Shown here in pieces: positions 57,217 to 64,000 of a stretch of 64,000 nt of DNA. The stretch is taken from assembly GCA_902768795.1 (NCBI GenBank), contig CACXMS010000003.1, positions 42,816 to 106,815 on the forward strand, in the 5' to 3' direction. The first letter of the stretch is position 1; each line of letters starts with the position of its first letter. Below the pieces are notes generated by a model, which was not told where the DNA came from, did no database searches, and saw nothing but the letters and a program-made list of their open reading frames with translations. The position numbers were made by a program, and so were the translations under genes. The DNA is from an uncultured Eubacteriales bacterium. Its GTDB lineage: Bacteria > Bacillota > Clostridia > Christensenellales > CAG-138.

Positions 57217-57384
57217 TCCATGACTCCTTTCCTAAAAGCATCGTACCATGCGAATGCAAGGAAATCCTCCTGAAAATGTCTCGGTTTTGTATGGATTTCG
57301 GCGCACGAAAAAGAAGCCGTTGAATCCTCCTGTGAGGATCCCCGCGACTCCTTTACCTTAGCGCCTGTGTTGGATCATGGAGAC

Positions 57385-57573
57385 TTACGCGTCTTTTTCC
57401 ATGTTGATGACTTCTTCGCCATCGTAATATCCGCACTTCTTGCAAACCACATGCGGGAGCTTCAGCTCGTGGCACTTCGGGCATTCGACCAGATTCGGCG
57501 TCTCCAGCTTGAAGTTGTTCGCTCTGCGCGAATCACGTCTTGCCTTCGAGGTTTTTCTCTTCGGTACTGCCAT
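57385..57573 (-). CDS. rpmF: 50S ribosomal protein L32
   Basis: MAVPKRKTSKARRDSRR, two CxxC. Confidence 0.97.
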   Translation of the reverse strand: MAVPKRKTSKARRDSRRANNFKLETPNLVECPKCHELKLPHVVCKKCGYYDGEEVINMEKDA

Positions 57574-57575
57574 GA

Positions 57576-58088
57576 TCACACCTCCTTATTTTCGTTGAGT
57601 AATTGTTGAAGCGCGCCGAAAGCGCCGCTTCCGATTTCGTTTTGGCAGGCACAGGGCGTTTCATTGCGATCCGCGCCGCAAATCGGGCACAGCCCTTTGC
57701 AATCGGGTCTGCATACGCTCACGAGCGGCAGATGCAAAAACAGATTGTCCGAAAACGCCTGCCATAAATCCAACTGCTCATGCGTGTACGGGTACACATC
57801 GCTGTCCGCCTCCCAAACGACATCCCGAACGAAATGCTCGTCGATCGGGAACGTCAGCGTTTCGACAAACGGCTTGTTGCACCGCGCGCAGACCGCTTCG
57901 TAAGACGCCTTTGCTTGTGCCGTTACATGAAACGACTTCCCGTCGAACGAGAACGTTCCGCTCACGGAAACGGGCGCAGCAAACGTCAGCGTCTTTCCTG
58001 CGTAGGTTTCGGGCGCGCGGGATTCTTCCAATGCGATCGGAAAACTCTCCCCTGCGCGCTTTTGGGCATCGCTCACAGAAACAATCAT
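57576..58088 (-). CDS. DUF177/YceD protein
   Basis: CARC, CRPDCKGLCPICG; upstream of rpmF. Confidence 0.9.
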   Translation of the reverse strand: MIVSVSDAQKRAGESFPIALEESRAPETYAGKTLTFAAPVSVSGTFSFDGKSFHVTAQAKASYEAVCARCNKPFVETLTFPIDEHFVRDVVWEADSDVYPYTHEQLDLWQAFSDNLFLHLPLVSVCRPDCKGLCPICGADRNETPCACQNEIGSGAFGALQQLLNENKEV

Positions 58089-58120
58089 GTGCACACCTCA
58101 AAAATCTACCAAATGGTATT

Positions 58121-60073
58121 TTAACCGTTCCGCCGCCGTTTGTCAACAGCATTCTTCGAATGTTTCGCGGTTTTCTTGGTAAAATCGGCTTTGCTTTTTG
58201 CGGACTTTTCGCGGGCGGCATTCCGCTTGTCCGTCTGTTTCTTTTTCGGTTCGCCCTGCCGGTCGCTTCCTTCGCGCTCCGGCGGAACGAGCGCGTCTTT
58301 TCCGAAGCCGATCAGATCCTTTCGCCCGGCCGCAAGCAGCGCTTCCCGCACGAGGCGACGGTTTTTCGGCAGGAACCACTGCATCAGCGCGCGCTGCATC
58401 GCCTTATCGTGCTCCGATCGCGGAACGTACACGTCCTCCCCGGTGCGCGGATCGATCCCCGTGTAATACATGCAGGTGGAAACCGTGCCTGGCGTCGGAT
58501 AGAAATCCTGGACCTGCTCGGGATGATGCCCGATCCGTTTCAGATACAGCGCAAGCTCGATCGCGTCGGAAAGCGTGCAGCCCGGATGCGAGCTCATCAG
58601 ATACGGGACGACGTACTGCTTTAAGTCGAGCCGTTTGTTCATCGCCTCATACTTTTGCAAAAACCGTTCGTACTGCTCATGCGGCGGCTTGTTCATGTAA
58701 TACAGCGTGCGATCCGCGATGTGCTCCGGCGCAACCTTGAGCTGACCGCTGATATGATGTCCGACCAGCTCGCGCAAAAACGCGTCGCTTTTGTCGTACA
58801 GCACATAGTCGAACCGGACGCCCGAACGCACAAACACCTTTTTCACGCCCTCGATTCCGCGCAGTTTTTTCAGCAGCGCCGTATAATCCTCATGCGAAAC
58901 TTCCAGGTTGTTGCACTTCTTATATCCGATGCAGGAGCGATCCTTGCAGACCCCGCTTTTCAGCTGTTTTTCGCAGGCGGGCTTGCGGAAATTCGCCGTC
59001 GGGCCGCCGACGTCGTGAATATACCCCCTAAACCGCGGGTTTTCTGTCATCGCCTTCGCCTCGGTCAGGATCGACCCGTGGCTGCGCGACGAGATGATGC
59101 GTCCCTGGTGGAACGTAAGCGCGCAGAAGTTGCAGCTTCCGAAGCAGCCGCGGCACGACGTGATCGAAAACTCGACCTCCTGCAGCGCGGGAATCGGCTC
59201 CGTGTACTTCGGATGCGGCAGCCGCGTATAGGGCAGCGCGTACGTCGCGTCCATCTCCTCGGTCGAAAGCGGCATCTGCGGCGGATTCTGCACCAGCACG
59301 CCCTTTTCGTGCGGCTGCGCGAGTTTTTTGCCGCGGATCGGATCCTGCTCCCGGTACTGGATCCGAAACGCTTCCACGTACTTTTGCCGGTCCGCCGCGA
59401 CCTCCGAATAGGACGGCAGTACCAGCGCGTCCGGGCATTCAAAAAGATCGGCCGCACGATAGCACGTTCCCGGCACATCCCGGATCTCCCGCACCGGAAC
59501 GCCCGCGTCCAGCGCCTCCGCAAGCGCGACGATGCTGCGCTCGCCCATGCCGTACATCAGAATGTCCGCACCCGAATCATACAGGATCGAATGTCGGACG
59601 CGATCGTCCCAGTAATCGTAATGCGCGAACCGTCTTAAGCTCGCTTCGATCCCACCGATCAGCACCGGAACGTGCGGGTACGCTTCGCGGCAGCGGTTGC
59701 CGTATACGATCACGGCCCGATCCGGCCGCGCGCCGGCTTTTCCGCCCGGCGTGTAGGAATCGTCCGTACGGCGGCGCTTTGCGGCGGTATAATGGTTCAC
59801 CATCGAATCGATATTCCCGGAGGACACCAGAAACGCGAGCCGCGGCTTGCCGAGCGCGCGAAACGCTTCGACGTCGCGCCAGTCCGGCTGCGCGATAATG
59901 CCGACCGAAAACCCGTGCGCCTGCAGCGTCCGGGCGATGATCGCCGCGCCGAACGACGGGTGGTCGATGTACGCATCTCCGTTGATATAAACAAAATCAA
60001 GCCCTTCGAATCCGAGGGCTTTACACTCTTCCGCCGACATCGGCGGCATCGTTGTGATCGGTTTACGTTTCAT
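58121..60073 (-). CDS. YgiQ family radical SAM protein
   Basis: GDAYIDHPSFG, RGCFGSCNFC, GGPTAN, VQDFYPTP. Confidence 0.92.
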   Translation of the reverse strand: MKRKPITTMPPMSAEECKALGFEGLDFVYINGDAYIDHPSFGAAIIARTLQAHGFSVGIIAQPDWRDVEAFRALGKPRLAFLVSSGNIDSMVNHYTAAKRRRTDDSYTPGGKAGARPDRAVIVYGNRCREAYPHVPVLIGGIEASLRRFAHYDYWDDRVRHSILYDSGADILMYGMGERSIVALAEALDAGVPVREIRDVPGTCYRAADLFECPDALVLPSYSEVAADRQKYVEAFRIQYREQDPIRGKKLAQPHEKGVLVQNPPQMPLSTEEMDATYALPYTRLPHPKYTEPIPALQEVEFSITSCRGCFGSCNFCALTFHQGRIISSRSHGSILTEAKAMTENPRFRGYIHDVGGPTANFRKPACEKQLKSGVCKDRSCIGYKKCNNLEVSHEDYTALLKKLRGIEGVKKVFVRSGVRFDYVLYDKSDAFLRELVGHHISGQLKVAPEHIADRTLYYMNKPPHEQYERFLQKYEAMNKRLDLKQYVVPYLMSSHPGCTLSDAIELALYLKRIGHHPEQVQDFYPTPGTVSTCMYYTGIDPRTGEDVYVPRSEHDKAMQRALMQWFLPKNRRLVREALLAAGRKDLIGFGKDALVPPEREGSDRQGEPKKKQTDKRNAAREKSAKSKADFTKKTAKHSKNAVDKRRRNG

Positions 60074-60347
60074 CTCCGTTGCCCGCAGCAAGCCGCTGAC
60101 GGCCGGTTGCGGTGAAAAGCGCATGCGGCGAAACCGGCCCGACGACGCTGTCCCGCATTTCCTCTTTGGAATCGGGGGCAAGCTGCCCGGCCAGATACTC
60201 GATCGTCGTTGCCATTTCCAGGCGCTCCTGCTCCATTTGCCTCAGCTGCGCGATCAATTCATCCAGGTACCGATCGACCTCTTCGCAGTCGTATCCGTAC
60301 AGGGATTTGCGGAATTCCTTTGCAGCGATATTCTCCGCCTTGATCAT
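60063..60347 (-). CDS. DivIVA-domain protein (short)
   Basis: EFRKSLYGYDCEEVDRYLD. Confidence 0.8.
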   Translation of the reverse strand: MIKAENIAAKEFRKSLYGYDCEEVDRYLDELIAQLRQMEQERLEMATTIEYLAGQLAPDSKEEMRDSVVGPVSPHALFTATGRQRLAAGNGDET

Positions 60348-60355
60348 GCCGGCAC

Positions 60356-60796
60356 TCAGAAATCGGTGTAGTTGTTCTCGCCGTTGTCGACAACGTTGCA
60401 GTTTTTCGGCGCAACGAGGAAGATCCCGCGCGAGATCTTGCTGATCGAACCATCCAGCGCATAAACGGCGCCGAGCAAAAAGTCGAGAACGCGCTGCGCC
60501 GTCGCGCCGTCGAGTTCCTCCATGTTGACAATGATCGGCTTGCCGCTTTTCAGGTTGTCCGCAATGCTCTGCGCGTCATCGTACACGACCGGGTGAAAAA
60601 CGACCATCTTCATATCCGACGGAATATCGCGCGGAGACATGCCCTCGCCAACTGCGGCGGGACGCGTCGCTTCACGGCGCTGTCTCGGACGGGGCGCGGG
60701 CTTTGCCGCCTGCTGGGGCTGCTGTTGCTCCTCTTCCTCCATCAGTTCTTCGTCGTCGGCATCTTCCAATCCGATAAAGCTCAAAAACTTACCCAT
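60356..60796 (-). CDS. sepF: Cell division protein SepF
   Basis: IIVN, AQRVLDFLLGAVYALDG, IFLVAP. Confidence 0.92.
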   Translation of the reverse strand: MGKFLSFIGLEDADDEELMEEEEQQQPQQAAKPAPRPRQRREATRPAAVGEGMSPRDIPSDMKMVVFHPVVYDDAQSIADNLKSGKPIIVNMEELDGATAQRVLDFLLGAVYALDGSISKISRGIFLVAPKNCNVVDNGENNYTDF

Positions 60797-61490
60797 TGAC
60801 TGTTCCTCCCTGTATGGTTCTCGCACCGAAGATCGCCGTGCCGACGCGCACCAGCGTCGACCCTTCCTCGATTGCGATCGGATAATCGCGGCTCATGCCC
60901 ATTGAAAGCGTATCGGCCGTCGGAACGGACAGGCGAAGCCGTTCGAACAGCGCGCGCATCCGGCGAAAATACGGGCGCGCCTCCTCCGGCGTGCCCGCAG
61001 GCGGAACGCACATCAGTCCGCAAAGACGGACGCCCGCAAGCCCCTGCGCTGCCTCGACATACGCATCCAGATCGTTCGGATCGAATCCGCCCTTCTGCGG
61101 TTCGTTTCCGATGTTGACCTCGAACAGGATCGGCTGAACGACGCCTCGCGCTGCCGCGCGGCGCGCAACCGCTTCCAGCAAGGCCGGTCGATCGACCGAC
61201 TGAATCATATCGGCACTGCCACAGATATATTTTACCTTGTTTGTTTGCAATTGTCCAATAAAATGGGCCTCTAAATTGCGCTGTTTATAAAAAGTTAACT
61301 TTTCGGTGAACTCCTGCGCGCGATTTTCGCCGATCAGCGTGATTCCGGCGTCCGCTGCCAGGGCGATCCGATCGATCGGGACATACTTCGTCACCGCCAT
61401 CAGCCGGATCTCCCCGACGCTCCGCCCGGCGCGCAGCGCGGCGTCCGCGATGGAGCTGCGTACCGTCTCAACGTTCTCCGCGATCGTCAT
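60789..61490 (-). CDS. yggS: PLP homeostasis protein YggS
   Basis: AVTKY, GENRAQE, HFIGQLQTNK, LSMGMS.D, VRVGTAIFG. Confidence 0.95.
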   Translation of the reverse strand: MTIAENVETVRSSIADAALRAGRSVGEIRLMAVTKYVPIDRIALAADAGITLIGENRAQEFTEKLTFYKQRNLEAHFIGQLQTNKVKYICGSADMIQSVDRPALLEAVARRAAARGVVQPILFEVNIGNEPQKGGFDPNDLDAYVEAAQGLAGVRLCGLMCVPPAGTPEEARPYFRRMRALFERLRLSVPTADTLSMGMSRDYPIAIEEGSTLVRVGTAIFGARTIQGGTVNG

Positions 61491-62713
61491 TCGTCATCAT
61501 CCTCCTCGATCGGCATGCGATAGCGCAAGCCGGCAAACAGCGTCAGTTTCTCGTCACGCGCGGAAATGATCGCGTTTTCGCCGTCCGAGCCGGCAATATA
61601 GACTGCGATCGGCGTGTACCCGTAATCCGACTTGATGTACACATACGGCACGCCGTTCGAATACTGAATGTACTTGATCGGAACCGTAAGGCCGGATGCA
61701 ACGTTCTGTACGGAAATCTCCACGACGCGCGCGTCCAGCAGCGGCTTGACGTCCGCCGAGACCGACATCACGTACAAAATACCGTTCGAAGCGTCTTTTT
61801 CGGAAACGACCGTTCCCATAAACGCGCCGTCGATGCCCTTGATCGTAAACGGATAGGATGCGCCCGGCATCAGTCGTTTGGAGAGGTCGGCCGAGCTGGT
61901 TGTGCTTGCGACAAAGGCAAGATGGAATGCGCTGCGATCCGTTACGATCCGGTAGGAAAAGTTTTCCGAGTCCGTCGCAAAAGAAGTGGACGTCATAATG
62001 CGGCGCACCTGCGATACGGTCAGACGGGAAACGTCGCGCAGCGGTTCCTCGTTTGCGTCGGTATAAAAGCTGATGTATCCGTTGTAGCCGCTTTTGATCG
62101 TGCGCGCCATATTCGTTTCAAACGAGGTATACTGGTTCTCAAGCGCGCGGATTTCCGCTGCCAGCGTCGAAGCGTCGGACAGACCGGATACCATCAGGTC
62201 GCGGCGCTCCTTGAGCAGCGAGAGCAGTTCGGATTCCATTTCCGCGTACGATTCGTTCGATTCGCCGTTCGAAGCCGCCCGCATCTTCGCGCCGAGATAC
62301 GCGATGCGATCGTTCATGCTCTGAACCGCTGCCGGCAGCACGCCGCCGTTCAGCGTTTTCAGCTGCAGCTCCAGTTTTGCGTACAGCTCCGATTCCTGAG
62401 CGGTGATCGACGCGAGCGCGGTTTCGTACCCGTACGGATACAGAACTGCAATATCGTCGCCCTCCTGCACGTAGACGCCGCTTTTGGCGATGATCTTCGC
62501 GTCGCTGGCGGATTCCGAAAACGATTGCTCGGCGCGGATCACAACGGCTTTCGTTTCAATTTCGGCATACAGCTGTCCGACCGACATGCGGCGTACGTGT
62601 CCCGTCAGGTTCTGCAGAAAAAGCACAAGACCGACCACGCCCGCGATCAGTGCGACTACCCCGATCAAGGCAAACAGAATGAATCTTTTGCTGAGTTTCA
62701 GACTGCGTTCCAT
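61487..62713 (-). CDS. Membrane-anchored HlyD-like adaptor protein
   Basis: N-terminal TM, barrel-sandwich V..GD.IA, coiled coil, G.ISFYTD; position upstream of yggS. Confidence 0.65.
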   Translation of the reverse strand: MERSLKLSKRFILFALIGVVALIAGVVGLVLFLQNLTGHVRRMSVGQLYAEIETKAVVIRAEQSFSESASDAKIIAKSGVYVQEGDDIAVLYPYGYETALASITAQESELYAKLELQLKTLNGGVLPAAVQSMNDRIAYLGAKMRAASNGESNESYAEMESELLSLLKERRDLMVSGLSDASTLAAEIRALENQYTSFETNMARTIKSGYNGYISFYTDANEEPLRDVSRLTVSQVRRIMTSTSFATDSENFSYRIVTDRSAFHLAFVASTTSSADLSKRLMPGASYPFTIKGIDGAFMGTVVSEKDASNGILYVMSVSADVKPLLDARVVEISVQNVASGLTVPIKYIQYSNGVPYVYIKSDYGYTPIAVYIAGSDGENAIISARDEKLTLFAGLRYRMPIEEDDDE

Positions 62714-62731
62714 ACCGTCTCCGTCCCCCGT

Positions 62732-64000
62732 TTATCGGGCAGGATCGCCCGTTTTGCTCCAATTCTCCGCCTGCTTTTGCAGCGATTCGCGGACTTTTCC
62801 GAGCCGACCGACCGCGGCAAGCGTAAACGATCCGCGCGTCAGAACGTTCGGAATCAGCGCGTTGACGTCCCCGATCGTAACCGATTCGATCCGCGCAAGC
62901 ATTTTTTCCAGATCGTACTCCTCGCCGACCAGCAGCGCCGTCTTTCCGATCGCGTTCATGTGCGCCGAAGCGGATTCCATGCCGAGCACATAGCTGCCCT
63001 TCAGCTGCTGCTTGCAGCGACGGAATTCCTCCTCCGTCACGCCGTTTCCCAGCAGATCGTCCAGTTCCGCAAGCATCAGCCGCAGCGCCTCGCAAATCTG
63101 TTTTTCGGTGCTGCCGACATACAGGCACAGCGATCCGATCCCGCGGTACGACATCGGATAGGAATAGACCGAATAGCACAGCCCGCGCTCCTCGCGGATG
63201 TGCCGGAACAGCCGCGAGCTCATGCTTCCGCCGAGGATGTTGGACAGCACCGAGAGCGTAAACGCTTCCTGCGAGGCAAGCGGCGCGCCCGGAAATTCGA
63301 GCACCGCATGCACCTGTTCCACGTCCTTTTCCGTGAACGAAAACGCCACGCCCGGTTCCGGACGGCATGCCGGCGCTTCCCGCCGCGCGCCGTGCTTTAC
63401 GGAAGCAAACCGCCGCTCGAGTTCCTCGAGCAGCGCGGTTTCATCGAACCTGCCCGCCGCCGCGATCACGATGTTCTCCGCGGTATAATGCGTATCCATA
63501 TAGGCGCGAAGATTCTCCGCATACAGCCCGGAAACGGTCTGCTCCGTGCCCAGAATCTCCCGGGAAAGCGGAGTCCCGTGATAATATGTCTCGGCCGCCT
63601 TATCGAACACGAGATCCTCCGGATTGTCCAGCGTCATGGCGATCTCCTCGAGCACAACGCCCTTTTCACGCTCCAGCTCCTCGGGATCGAGCGTGCTGTG
63701 AAGCACGAGATCCGACAGGATATCCACGCACAGCGGCATATCCTCATCGAGGGCTTTCACATGGAAGCAGGTGCATTCCTTTGCGGTAAACGCATTGAGG
63801 TTCGCGCCGATTGCGTCCATCTCCATCGAAATATCGACGGCGGAGCGGGTCGTCGTTCCCTTGAATACCATGTGCTCAATGAAATGCGAAACGCCGGAAT
63901 CGGCTTCGTTCTCAAAGACCGAGCCGGCATTGACCCAGACGCCGATCGAAATCGAATGAAGCTGCGGCATCGGTTCGAGCGCAACGCGCACGCCGGATGA
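62732..64000 (-). CDS. M16 (pitrilysin) family peptidase (5' end cut by window)
   Basis: HFIEH inverted Zn motif, NAFT, GGSMSSRLF..IREERGL. Confidence 0.93.
   Translation of the reverse strand, partial: SSGVRVALEPMPQLHSISIGVWVNAGSVFENEADSGVSHFIEHMVFKGTTTRSAVDISMEMDAIGANLNAFTAKECTCFHVKALDEDMPLCVDILSDLVLHSTLDPEELEREKGVVLEEIAMTLDNPEDLVFDKAAETYYHGTPLSREILGTEQTVSGLYAENLRAYMDTHYTAENIVIAAAGRFDETALLEELERRFASVKHGARREAPACRPEPGVAFSFTEKDVEQVHAVLEFPGAPLASQEAFTLSVLSNILGGSMSSRLFRHIREERGLCYSVYSYPMSYRGIGSLCLYVGSTEKQICEALRLMLAELDDLLGNGVTEEEFRRCKQQLKGSYVLGMESASAHMNAIGKTALLVGEEYDLEKMLARIESVTIGDVNALIPNVLTRGSFTLAAVGRLGKVRESLQKQAENWSKTGDPAR

Noticed and set aside
57305-57384. Structured RNA downstream of rpmF
   Set aside because: Explained adequately by a long intrinsic terminator on the minus strand; no recognisable riboswitch core
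58121-60073. Radical SAM enzyme as maturase for the Nif11-like peptide
   Set aside because: It is the widespread YgiQ family, lacks a SPASM/RRE signature and lies 23 kb away

Overview
GC-rich Firmicutes (Clostridia-like, probably spore-forming: spoIIID and sigmaE-type promoters) chromosomal segment made up mostly of housekeeping genes: priA (cut by the window edge), a heterodimeric ABC exporter, feoAB, tilS-hpt-ftsH, glyQS, recD2, murI, ecfA1A2T-truA-tadA, recF-remB-gyrB-gyrA-cca, secA, rpmF and yggS-sepF-divIVA. Five parts stand out. (1) A 1.1-kb IS3-family shell with a 15-bp target duplication sits inside a terminator, and its interior is replaced by antisense fragments of a phage-type polyvalent protein gene. 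(2) A nested repeat element lies at tRNA-Thr(GGT) and carries a promoter plus a hairpin RNA. (3) An accessory gene string after tRNA-Ser(CGA) is punctuated by two covarying TGATG/CATCA multi-hairpin modules. (4) A cell-surface locus combines LCP, GT2-GtrA and a phosphodiester glycosidase with a CotH kinase-VTC polyphosphate polymerase-DUF4956 operon. (5) A MITE-like element lies just before that locus. All calls come from reading motifs by eye; no searches were run.
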